From an uncultured Fibrobacterota bacterium (GTDB taxonomy: Bacteria > Fibrobacterota > Chitinivibrionia > Chitinivibrionales > FEN-1185), in NCBI GenBank assembly GCA_963729895.1, contig CAVSQB010000002.1:32001-96000 (forward strand): DNA of 64,000 bases, written 5' to 3'. The translations under genes and the position numbers were made by a program. The notes below the pieces were generated by a model. It was given only the letters and a program-made list of their open reading frames with translations. It searched no databases and was not told the DNA's origin. Below are positions 50,414-59,405 of the stretch, piece after piece. Within the stretch, counting starts at the first letter, position 1. Each line of letters opens with the position of its first letter.

Positions 50414-51813
50414 TGCACACAGCCGGGTTCGGACTTGACATTTGCTATGTGGTCTCTTCGGTAACGTTTATTGCCGGCCTCAGGATGATGAGCAGCCCGA
50501 AGACGGCGCGAAACGGCAACCTTGTTGCAGCGGCCGGAATGTTTCTCGCGATTGCCGCAACCCTGCTCCTGTACGACGATCATGCCTCGCGCGAGACGAT
50601 CAAACTCGCGGTTATCGGAGGAGGCATCGCCCTTGGGGGCGCCGCTGGCTGGATAACCGCGCGCTCGGTACGGATGACCGCCATGCCCCAGCTGGTGTCG
50701 CTCTTTAACGGCATGGGAGGAGGCTGCGCAGCGCTTATCGGCCTTATGGAATTCGGGCACAAGGGTAACGACCTCGCCGCGCACTCGGTGGTCGCTGCAG
50801 GAATGATCATAGGCGGAGTGTCGTTTGCGGGCAGCATTATCGCGTTCCTCAAGCTGAGCGGCGCCATGAAAAAGCCGCTCCGCTTTCCCCGCTACAATAT
50901 CGTCAACAGCGCCGTGCTCGCCGGCGTCCTTGTCCTGGCAGGCCTGGCCGTGCGTGCAAGCAGCGGGCCGGGCGGCCCGCCGGGGTATGCCGCGCTCGCC
51001 GGAGCGCTGGCCTACGGCGTACTGTTCGTGCTGCCGATCGGAGGCGCGGACATGCCCGTGGTAATCTCACTTCTCAACTCGTTCACCGGCCTGGCAGTTG
51101 CGTTTTCGGGACTCGCCTACAACAATCAGGCCATGCTCACCGGCGGAGTCCTGGTGGGAGCGGCCGGAACCTTTCTCACCATTATCATGTGTAAAGCAAT
51201 GAACAGGTCGCTCGTGAACGTCGTGTTCGGCGCGTTCGGTGCAACGGGCGCCGCTGCGACGGCAGGCGCGTCTATCAAGGGCGCGGTGAAGGACATCTCC
51301 GTTTCCGACGCCGCCGTGCTTATGAACTATGCATCAAGAGTGATTATCGTTCCCGGGTACGGTTTGGCCGTGGCGCAAGCGCAGCATGTTGTGCACGAGC
51401 TCGAAACAGCGCTTGAGGCAAAAGGCGTAAGCGTTCGATATGCCATTCACCCCGTAGCCGGACGCATGCCCGGACACATGAACGTGCTGTTGGCGGAATC
51501 GAACGTGGACTACGACAAGCTTCTCGACATGGAAAGCGCAAATCCCCTGTTCGCGACAACCGACGTCGCCCTGGTGGTTGGCGCCAACGACGTGGTCAAT
51601 CCCGCGGCCAGAAACACCGCATCGTCCCCCATTTACGGCATGCCGATCCTGAACGTGGAAAGCGCCCGCAATATCATCATCATAAAACGTAGCATGAATA
51701 CCGGGTACGCGGGGATCGAAAACGAACTGTTCTACAATCCCAAGGCAAGCATGCTGTTCGGCGATGCAAAGAAAGTGCTGTCCGGGATAATTGCTGAATT
51801 GAAAAGAATCTAG
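50410..51813 (+). CDS. pntB: NAD(P) transhydrogenase subunit beta
   Basis: MTAMPQLVS, IGGADMPVVISLLNS, IHPVAGRMPGHMNVLLAE, GANDVVNP. Confidence 0.95.
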   Translation: MMHTAGFGLDICYVVSSVTFIAGLRMMSSPKTARNGNLVAAAGMFLAIAATLLLYDDHASRETIKLAVIGGGIALGGAAGWITARSVRMTAMPQLVSLFNGMGGGCAALIGLMEFGHKGNDLAAHSVVAAGMIIGGVSFAGSIIAFLKLSGAMKKPLRFPRYNIVNSAVLAGVLVLAGLAVRASSGPGGPPGYAALAGALAYGVLFVLPIGGADMPVVISLLNSFTGLAVAFSGLAYNNQAMLTGGVLVGAAGTFLTIIMCKAMNRSLVNVVFGAFGATGAAATAGASIKGAVKDISVSDAAVLMNYASRVIIVPGYGLAVAQAQHVVHELETALEAKGVSVRYAIHPVAGRMPGHMNVLLAESNVDYDKLLDMESANPLFATTDVALVVGANDVVNPAARNTASSPIYGMPILNVESARNIIIIKRSMNTGYAGIENELFYNPKASMLFGDAKKVLSGIIAELKRI

Positions 51814-51827
51814 GCGGGGCCGGCGCG

Positions 51828-52721
51828 TCATGGCGTAAACAGCGGTTCCTCAAATTCTCCCACGAACACGACCTCGGGCTCAAGCACAATACCGTCTTTT
51901 TGATACACGGTTCTCTGAATGTAAACGATCAGCGCGCGCACGTCGGCGGCACGCGCGCCGCCGCGGTTCACGATGAAGTTGGCGTGTTTGCGCGACACCT
52001 CCGCGGCGCCCACCGACGCGCCTTTGAGCCCGCATTGCTCGATGAGCTTCCCGGCCGTAGTGCCGTCGGGGTTCTTGAAGACGCTGCCGCAGTTGGGAAG
52101 GTCGAGCGGGTGCCGGTCTTTGCGTTTGGCAAGCACGTCTGAATACGAGCGCCGCGCCGCGCCCGATGCGTCATGCGCAAAACGGAAAACCGCGGAAAGG
52201 ATGACGGAACCCCCGAACCGGAACATGGTTCCTCGATACGACGCGCCGATGTCCCGCGCGGCAACCGTCCGTATCTCGACCTCGGGCAGGGAAATGAACC
52301 TGACCGTTTTCAGGCAATCGCTCACGCTCTGGCCGAAAGCGCCCGCGTTCATCACCAGGGCCCCGCCAACACTGCCCGGAATGCCCGCGAGCTTCTCGAG
52401 GCCCGTGCAGTCCCGCTCGACCGATTCCTTGACAAGAGCATGAAGCGGCGTTCCGCTTTTGCATTCTGCGCTGTCGCCGTCCCATGCGATGCCCGCCCAG
52501 TGCGCCGACAGGTCAACCACAAGGCCGTTGCAGCCCGCGTCGCTCACCAGCACGTTGGAGCCGTTTCCAAGCACAAAAAGGGGCATGCCGCGCGTGCGCG
52601 CCTCCAGACACGCGTCGCGGATTTCGTCCAGGGTTGCCGGCTCGCAGTAGAGCAGCGCAGGACCGCCTATCCTGAAGCTCGTCTTGTCGCTGAGGGGAAC
52701 GTTACTGAAGAGTTTTTCCAT
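51828..52721 (-). CDS. murB: UDP-N-acetylenolpyruvoylglucosamine reductase
   Basis: FRIGGPA, LGNGSNVL, GIPGSVGGALVMNAGA, GSVFKNP, HANFIVN, LEPEV. Confidence 0.93.
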   Translation of the reverse strand: MEKLFSNVPLSDKTSFRIGGPALLYCEPATLDEIRDACLEARTRGMPLFVLGNGSNVLVSDAGCNGLVVDLSAHWAGIAWDGDSAECKSGTPLHALVKESVERDCTGLEKLAGIPGSVGGALVMNAGAFGQSVSDCLKTVRFISLPEVEIRTVAARDIGASYRGTMFRFGGSVILSAVFRFAHDASGAARRSYSDVLAKRKDRHPLDLPNCGSVFKNPDGTTAGKLIEQCGLKGASVGAAEVSRKHANFIVNRGGARAADVRALIVYIQRTVYQKDGIVLEPEVVFVGEFEEPLFTP

Positions 52722-54630
52722 CCGACGCCTTTTCGTCCTGAAAAATCCTGCAGGTGCCGCTGGAAATGAAGAATTCCACGATTGAGGAGTCGAGATGGTG
52801 CGCCGCGGCCTCGGCGCGAAGGATCTCGAACGCCTTGTGGGGCGGCATCTTCGGTTTGTAGGGACGGTCCTGCGCCACGAGCGCTTCGTATATGTCAATC
52901 ACCGCAAGCGCCTTACTCTCAAAACTGAGCTGGTGCTCCGTGAGGCCGTCGGGGTAGCCCGACCCGTCGAGCCGCTCGTGGTGATGACTCGCGATTTCGG
53001 GGATCTGTTCGAGCCCGCGCGTCCATGGAATCCTCGAAAGAATGCGGCGCGTCGCCTGGGCATGCGAATTGACGCGCTCCCGTTCCTTTACGGCGAGGTT
53101 GCCCGTCCTCACGCTGAGGCTCTCGAACTCGCGGTCGGAAAGGAACGGCTGCACTCGGCCGTCCGAATCCTGATAGGTTTTTTCGCGAATGCCCTTGAGC
53201 CGCTCAAAGTCCTTGTCGCCCACGCGGCCCGCCCTGTTGAGGGTTTCGAGAAATTCGACATCGGCGTCGACCGCAGCGGGCGACGGCCACGCGGCCGCGC
53301 CGCGGGGCAAAAGCAACTTGACGTATTGCGCGCGCATGCGGACCACCGCCATGGCGTCGGGCGACAGGCGGGACTCCTTGGTGAGCAGCGCCTCGGGAAC
53401 GCCGATCTTGCCGATGTCGTGCAGGAGCGCCGCAAACCTGAACTGGTTCTTGCGGTCTTCGGAGAACCGCAGGCCGCCGAACGGCCCGCCGTTCTCCCGG
53501 TTGACCGCATCGGCAAACGCCATGGCGTAGCCCATCACCCGCCGCGAATGGCCGTAGGTGACCCTATCCCGTTCGTCAATTGCTGCAATCGACGAGCGAA
53601 GATATCCCTCAAAAATGTCCCGTATTTCCCAGTGCAATTGCACGCGCTCGATTGACACGGCGGCCTGCGATGCGATGGAGAGCACGAAGTCCTCGTCCGG
53701 CAGGGTGAACGAGACAACGTATTTGTCAACATCGGAGGGCGAAATCAGGCGGCAGGCGGTATTCTCTTTTTTGTTCATGAGCTGGAGCACGCCGGTCACG
53801 TTCCCGTCAAGGTTCTTAAGCGGGACGGTGAGCATCGACTTCACGCAGTAGCCGAATTTCTCCTCATATTCCTTGCGGGCCATTTTGTAGGGAACGGCAT
53901 CGCCGAGCGCGGCGGCATCCTCGATGCTGACCGTTTTCCCGTGGAGCGCGACAAAGCCGGCAACCGACGTTTCGTCGATGGGGACCGAAAATTCACTAGA
54001 CGCTTTCCCGATGTCAACCGAATCGTTCTGCGATGTTTTGAACCGCAGCCTGTTCACAAACGGCCCGCCCGGGGCGCTTTTTTCCCTTATGTAAATGCTT
54101 CCCGCGTCCGCCGCCACGAGGTCACGGCTTTCGGTAAGGATAAGCGAGAGAAGCGCTTCGAGATCGTTCTGGTGCGACAGCGCGGTCCCGATGGTAATCA
54201 ACTGCTTCTTTTGTTTCCGGTACTTCATCACCTCGCCCATGACCTCGCGCTTCTGCTGCATGAGCGCGGCGTTCCGCACGATCCCCGTCATGATGTTGAG
54301 GCACTCGAGCCGGGACAGGGGCGAGCGGAAAAGGCCGGCAACGGGCATGTCCGCGAGAAAGACCGGGGCTTCCTGTGTGTCAATGCGCTGGTACAACGGT
54401 ATTTCCTGTCCGAAGCCGATCGGCATCACGCCGAACAGGTCGAGCAGTGCCTGCCTGGAACAAGGTAGAAACGAAATGCAGCCCGCGGGCGGCGCCGCGC
54501 GCGATTCGAGCGACAGGGGCTCGTTCGCATGATGCATCCTCGTTTGGAGGGCGGCATTGGAAGCCGATGCCGTGAGGGCTTCCCTGTCTGCCGGTGGAAT
54601 TTCGCCGAGGAGGATTATATATGGTTCCAT
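52702..54630 (-). CDS. GAF + HD-GYP domain phosphodiesterase
   Basis: GAF (AGSIY, SMLTVPL, GVLQLMNK), GHSRRV, LHDIGKIG, HHERLDGSGYP, DRPYK. Confidence 0.88.
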   Translation of the reverse strand: MEPYIILLGEIPPADREALTASASNAALQTRMHHANEPLSLESRAAPPAGCISFLPCSRQALLDLFGVMPIGFGQEIPLYQRIDTQEAPVFLADMPVAGLFRSPLSRLECLNIMTGIVRNAALMQQKREVMGEVMKYRKQKKQLITIGTALSHQNDLEALLSLILTESRDLVAADAGSIYIREKSAPGGPFVNRLRFKTSQNDSVDIGKASSEFSVPIDETSVAGFVALHGKTVSIEDAAALGDAVPYKMARKEYEEKFGYCVKSMLTVPLKNLDGNVTGVLQLMNKKENTACRLISPSDVDKYVVSFTLPDEDFVLSIASQAAVSIERVQLHWEIRDIFEGYLRSSIAAIDERDRVTYGHSRRVMGYAMAFADAVNRENGGPFGGLRFSEDRKNQFRFAALLHDIGKIGVPEALLTKESRLSPDAMAVVRMRAQYVKLLLPRGAAAWPSPAAVDADVEFLETLNRAGRVGDKDFERLKGIREKTYQDSDGRVQPFLSDREFESLSVRTGNLAVKERERVNSHAQATRRILSRIPWTRGLEQIPEIASHHHERLDGSGYPDGLTEHQLSFESKALAVIDIYEALVAQDRPYKPKMPPHKAFEILRAEAAAHHLDSSIVEFFISSGTCRIFQDEKASDGKTLQ

Positions 54631-54701
54631 ATCGGTAAATTAGGTCGGGATGGAAGGAACTGACAATAGAATTCTTCGGGAGAACCATGCCTGCGGCGCG
54701 A

Positions 54702-54746
54702 CCATGGCCGGGACGTTCCGCTTTAGGCGGAACGTCCCGGCCATGG
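54702..54746. terminator. Perfect 20-bp hairpin downstream of the ferredoxin (terminator or REP)
   Basis: CCATGGCCGGGACGTTCCGC-TTTAG-GCGGAACGTCCCGGCCATGG; no poly-T tail. Confidence 0.5.
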
Positions 54747-54765
54747 CGAACACGTGGAGTCTGCG

Positions 54766-54933
54766 TCAGCCCTTGATGGCTTCCGCAGGGCATGCTGTTG
54801 CGCATGCTCCGCAATCGGTGCACTTTGCCGCATCAATCACGTAGATGGGATCGCCTTCGCTGATCGCTTCAACCGGACATTCTGGAACGCACGTTCCGCA
54901 CGCGACGCATGCATCAGTAATAACATGAGGCAT
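54766..54933 (-). CDS. Clostridial-type 2x[4Fe-4S] ferredoxin
   Basis: RBS AAGGAG; CVACGTCVPECP and CTDCGACATACP. Confidence 0.93.
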   Translation of the reverse strand: MPHVITDACVACGTCVPECPVEAISEGDPIYVIDAAKCTDCGACATACPAEAIKG

Positions 54934-55220
54934 TGTTTTCTCCTTCAAAAAAGGTGGAAGTCGGTGGAATTTTTATCTAAAATTATTTGATCCTTTCAAA
55001 ACGGTCAAGGGAAATGTGGGCCTTCTGGAAGGCTTCTTTAACGGCCTGTGCCTGCCGTCGGCACAATCGGAACCGGTAAGAAGATTTTCCTGTGATTCAA
55101 AACCGTTTGTATCTTATTTTTTTTGAGCGCTTGTCCCGCTGAGCGGGCGACTGCCTCGCGCTAGGAAGAAAAGGGGGCTGTACGTACAACAAGGCAGATA
55201 CGACGACATCTTTCCGGTCG

Positions 55221-55505
55221 GTGGACAGCGATGCTCACGTCCGGAAAGAATTCCTGGAACATGTCGTTCCCGCGTACGTTGTGGAACCGCCCGATCTCGT
55301 TCTCCACGTGACGATTCTCAACCTACTGTGGTACGCCATGGAATGCATCAACTCGCTCCCCGGCATCCCGGGCAGGAATGCCCACGCAGGCGAGCATTTC
55401 ATCAAATGTATTTCATTCCTCAAGGCCATTGTCGGCGCGCGACGAAATCGCGGCAAAGGCCACCTACCTGGAATGGCTCGCGGTCTGCATCTCGGAGGAG
55501 TTTAG
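55221..55505 (+). CDS. Possible small hypothetical protein
   Basis: Protein-like composition, but the start is uncertain and there is no recognisable motif. Confidence 0.3.
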   Translation: MDSDAHVRKEFLEHVVPAYVVEPPDLVLHVTILNLLWYAMECINSLPGIPGRNAHAGEHFIKCISFLKAIVGARRNRGKGHLPGMARGLHLGGV

Positions 55506-55840
55506 GCTCCCGAGCACGGGAGGAGAGCAACGCCAAGGAAGTTAGCAGCAATCCGCCACGATTGAATCCGCAAAATTCCCGGGTTCGCAACCGGTTCCAG
55601 CGCGTCGCAACGCCACATCCGAGTCCATGCAAGGGAGAACACCGTGGGTAAAAGGACCGACATCACACTTTCCATAGGCCCCGCCGGATTGAGCAGACGC
55701 GAGAGTTCCGCATTCATGTATTTTGAATGGCCTTTTTCTTTGGCGCGCGGGCACGAAAGCCGGATAGCCCTTGATTATCCGTCGCCCGTTTACAATAATA
55801 GGAACATGGTCCAGCCGTCCTTTTCAGCAGCCCGGACACA

Positions 55841-57433
55841 ATGAGAAAACAGCAACGGCCCCCGAAAACGGCCCCAAAGAAAGCGCGACCCAACGCGGCG
55901 CAACCGAAGTCGCCTGTGCAAGCGGGCTCGTCCGACAGCGCACACCCGCTCAAGATCCTCATGGTCGCTTCAGAAATGGTCCCCTATGTAAAGGCAGGCG
56001 GGCTGGGCGACATCGTGGGTTCGCTGTCCGCCGAGCTGTCCCGTCTCGGGCACGAGGTGCGCGTGGTGATCCCGAGATATTCTTCGCTCAACGTCCAGGG
56101 ACAGGCGGTTACCACGGTGCTTCCCTCCATGGGCGTGTGGATGGGCGGCGTCTGCGAATGGTGCACGGTATCGTCGATGAGTACCGGCGCAGGGGTTACC
56201 GTGTACCTCATCGAGCACAACCTGTATTTCAACAGGGAAGGCATTTACCACGACAACTCGATGCATGACTACCTCGACAATCCGAGAAGGTTCGCGTTCC
56301 TCTCGCGCGCCGCGCTCCAGCTGTGCATCGACACGCGCTTCAGGCCCGATATCGTGCACGCAAACGACTGGCAGACCTCGCTGGCGCCCGCCTACCTCAA
56401 GGCCTGGCACTGGAACGATGCGATGCTGGGCCGCGCCGCGTCGGTGTTCACCATCCACAACCTTGCTTACCAGGGCGTGTACGCGCACGACAACTGGGCC
56501 TACCTGGGCCTTGGCGACCGGAACTTTACAGAGAAGAAATTTGAATCCTTCGGGCGGATCAACATGCTGAAGGGCGGCATTTACTACGCCGACGCGGTGA
56601 ATACCGTAAGCCCAGCCTACGCCCGCGAGACCACCACGCCGGACGGCGGGTTCGGCCTTGCACCGTACCTGAGCGACAAGGGCGACAATTACACCGGCAT
56701 TCTCAACGGCGTCGACTATGGCCTCTGGTCACCCGAGAAGGACGCCTTCATCCCCAAACGGTATTCCGCAGCGGACATGAAGGGCAAGGCGGAGTGCAAA
56801 CGCGCTTTGCAAAAGGAATTTCTCCTCAGGGAAGACGGCTCGGTCGCGCTCATCGGCGCCATCGGCAGGCTGGTGCACCAAAAAGGGTTCGAGCTCATCG
56901 CCGGGAGCGTGGAGAACATCCTCAATTCCATGCAGGTGCAGGTGGTGGTCCTCGGATCGGGCGAAGGCTCGCTCGAGCACTATTTCGGCGAATTGCCCAA
57001 ACGGTATCCGGGCCGGGCCGGGTCGTTTATCGGTTTCAACAACAGCCTCGCACACCGGATCGAAGGGGGCTGCGACTTCTTTCTCATGCCCTCGCTCAAC
57101 GAGCCATGCGGTCTCAACCAGATGTATTCTCTCCGCTACGGGACCCTACCCATCGTCCGGGCCACCGGCGGCCTCGACGACACCGTGGTCAACTACAACG
57201 AAGCGACAGGCGACGGCACAGGCTTCAAGTTCTGGGAGCCTTCTCCGCGGGCACTGTATTACACCGTGGGATGGGCGATATCCACCTACTACGACCGCAA
57301 ACAGCACATGGCCAAGCTGGTATCCGCGGCCATGCGCCAGGATTTCTCCTGGGGCCGCAGCGCGCTGGAATATGTGAAGCTGTACCGCAAGGCCATGGAG
57401 AATAAGAAGAATTATGATGCACGATGTGGATAG
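55841..57433 (+). CDS. glgA: Glycogen synthase (GT5)
   Basis: KAGGLGD, HANDWQT, FTIHNLAYQG, GILNGVD, PSLNEPCGLNQMYS, TGGLDDTV. Confidence 0.95.
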   Translation: MRKQQRPPKTAPKKARPNAAQPKSPVQAGSSDSAHPLKILMVASEMVPYVKAGGLGDIVGSLSAELSRLGHEVRVVIPRYSSLNVQGQAVTTVLPSMGVWMGGVCEWCTVSSMSTGAGVTVYLIEHNLYFNREGIYHDNSMHDYLDNPRRFAFLSRAALQLCIDTRFRPDIVHANDWQTSLAPAYLKAWHWNDAMLGRAASVFTIHNLAYQGVYAHDNWAYLGLGDRNFTEKKFESFGRINMLKGGIYYADAVNTVSPAYARETTTPDGGFGLAPYLSDKGDNYTGILNGVDYGLWSPEKDAFIPKRYSAADMKGKAECKRALQKEFLLREDGSVALIGAIGRLVHQKGFELIAGSVENILNSMQVQVVVLGSGEGSLEHYFGELPKRYPGRAGSFIGFNNSLAHRIEGGCDFFLMPSLNEPCGLNQMYSLRYGTLPIVRATGGLDDTVVNYNEATGDGTGFKFWEPSPRALYYTVGWAISTYYDRKQHMAKLVSAAMRQDFSWGRSALEYVKLYRKAMENKKNYDARCG

Positions 57434-57454
57434 GGCAATAACCGGATTAAGAGT

Positions 57455-57913
57455 TGGTTGACTGAGCCGGAAATCACAATAAATAAGTGCTTTGGGATAG
57501 CAGTGCCGGGTGACCCCATAACTGGAGTAAATGGGTCAAGACTTGGGCGCCCCGCCGAGTACAGCGGCGGCCCTCCTTTCAGGCTCGGCCGGTTGGCCTC
57601 GGTGCAGCCTGCCACGAAGCGCGTTGTCCCGATACGCCGCTCCCCGAGTGTCCCGCGGGATGTATCGAGGGGAGCGGCACTCGACAACCGCGCCGCGGTC
57701 AGGCTGCACTGCGCTCCTACGCACCTTCCAGTCCTGCCTAGCGCTTGGCAGAAGGGAATGTCCACAATTGTCAAGATAGATCGAGTTACTACCGGTTGGA
57801 ATGTTGGCGAGTTAGTTCGGTTGAGAATTTTGTAACCGGGTGCCGTTACGGTGCGCGCAACGGGAGATTCGGCCTTGCCAGGGTACATCCACGCCGCACC
57901 GGCTCAGCAATCC
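57455..57913 (+). ncRNA. Structured non-coding element, candidate orphan IS110 left end / bridge-RNA-like sequence
   Basis: Multiple nested stems (see findings); closing CTGAGCCGG/CCGGCTCAG; no credible ORF. Family resemblance is recalled, not searched. Confidence 0.5.
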
Positions 57914-58043
57914 AAAATCGAACTAAATTGATGTAGTTGTCGTGGCACCCGCTCCGCACACAAAAATAGTATCTTCATTTTGACATTCGCCGCGCACACC
58001 GGCAACGCGGTAGTGGCCGCCCCTTGGCAAAACAGCTATTCCC

Positions 58044-58739
58044 TCAATTTCTCACACACCGCACGCTGAACCCCGAATTCATATCCGTGTAGCTGCGGTT
58101 TGCGGGAGCATAATTGTAGCCCACATACCGGTACCACGCAAGACCGGCGCTGTTGGCCGTCGCCGACCACCAGTACCCGTACATTCCGCCGGACTGGAAC
58201 ACGCCGTCGTACGTGCGGTAGCCGCCCGGCAGCGCAGAAAACCCAGTCTGGTCCGTCGCGCCTGTGTTGGGAGAGCTCCACAGCGATGTTCCGGTGTCCT
58301 TGAGTTCCCCGCCCGCCACACTGTCTCCCAAAAAATCCATCAGCGTGCTCCACTCGGTGTCCGTGGCAACGTGCCAGCCGGCCGGGGCAAGTTTTCCGGT
58401 GTTCACCGAATACCAATTGTAAAGAGCTCCCCAGGTCGTCCTGCCGGCGGCGGAGTCGCCCTCGTACCAGCAATACCCCGGGGTCGTGTCCGCGGCCCAC
58501 GCACTGTCGCCGGAAACCAGCGGGATTGCGGTGCCGTCATTAAACCTGGTGGTTTGCAGGTTCTCCGCCATCCACACCTGGTTTCCTATGGCGACCGTGT
58601 GATACACATTCCCGTCAATATCGGTGATCGTCACGGGCGGCGGAATGCTGTTGCCCTTCCCGCCGCCGTTCGGTGAGCACAGCCATAACGCCGACATAAC
58701 GGCCGCCAGGCAAAAAGGACGCATTGCGTTTCCTGTCAT
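58044..58739 (-). CDS. Fibrobacter succinogenes major paralogous (FISUMP) domain lipoprotein
   Basis: DIDGNVYHTVAIGNQVWMAENL, GALYNW, APAGWHV, GFSALPGG, YWWS, GFSVRC. Confidence 0.92.
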   Translation of the reverse strand: MTGNAMRPFCLAAVMSALWLCSPNGGGKGNSIPPPVTITDIDGNVYHTVAIGNQVWMAENLQTTRFNDGTAIPLVSGDSAWAADTTPGYCWYEGDSAAGRTTWGALYNWYSVNTGKLAPAGWHVATDTEWSTLMDFLGDSVAGGELKDTGTSLWSSPNTGATDQTGFSALPGGYRTYDGVFQSGGMYGYWWSATANSAGLAWYRYVGYNYAPANRSYTDMNSGFSVRCVRN

Positions 58740-58826
58740 CGGTAAATCCTCCGCTGAGAATATACCCTTTCGTGCGTTTCTTTTCAACTTTTCGCGGCCG
58801 GGAAAGGAAGACCCATGGAAGGCAGA

Positions 58827-59405
58827 TCACCGTTTCTTGAACGAAAAGACCAGGTCCCTGGCAGGCATGAAATCGCTCTTTGTGAAGGAATAGACGAGCG
58901 AACCATTCCTCTGGTACACCGTATCGCTTTCGTACGACATAAAAGTGAGAACCGCACGTGACGGGACCGTCACCGAATAGTTGCTTTTGCCAAGAGGTTT
59001 CTGCCAGCTCTTTGTGGTGGTGAGAATGTACCTTCCGGTGTTTCCATTGAGTCTTTGACGGTACACGACGGTCGTTGTGCCGGTGTCCCCTTTCCCGATT
59101 GTTACCGGGATAAGGATCATCGCCTGATCCGGATGGGATTGGAAAGCGACAGGCCCTGCCTTGTCCGTTACGCGTATCGCATGCGGAAAAGCAATCGTCG
59201 AATCGACCGGGAAAGGGTAGACAACCGACGTGGTCAGGACCGAGCCGTCCTTGGCGGCAAAGAAATATTCGCCGGTGACGCACATGGTGTCCGGCAGGCG
59301 CAGTGAGACATAGATGTTCTCTTTGACAAAGTCGAGGTTCCCGGCAAAAACAGGTGCCGCGAGAAGGAATGCGGGAAGGAGCCGGGCAAGGGGCGTTTTG
59401 TTCAT
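58827..59405 (-). CDS. Hypothetical secreted beta-rich protein
   Basis: Signal peptide; YPFP and YILTTTKSW..P motifs; ATG overlaps the upstream stop. Confidence 0.7.
   Translation of the reverse strand: MNKTPLARLLPAFLLAAPVFAGNLDFVKENIYVSLRLPDTMCVTGEYFFAAKDGSVLTTSVVYPFPVDSTIAFPHAIRVTDKAGPVAFQSHPDQAMILIPVTIGKGDTGTTTVVYRQRLNGNTGRYILTTTKSWQKPLGKSNYSVTVPSRAVLTFMSYESDTVYQRNGSLVYSFTKSDFMPARDLVFSFKKR

Noticed and set aside
57455..57913. RNase P RNA, tmRNA or group I/II intron
   Set aside because: Lacks GAGGAAAGTCC, tRNA-like tmRNA ends, group II domain V and group I core motifs on either strand, as far as I can read
57434..58739. Diversity-generating retroelement targeting the FISUMP gene
   Set aside because: No reverse transcriptase in the window, and the adjacent non-coding DNA has no template-repeat copy of the gene's 3' end
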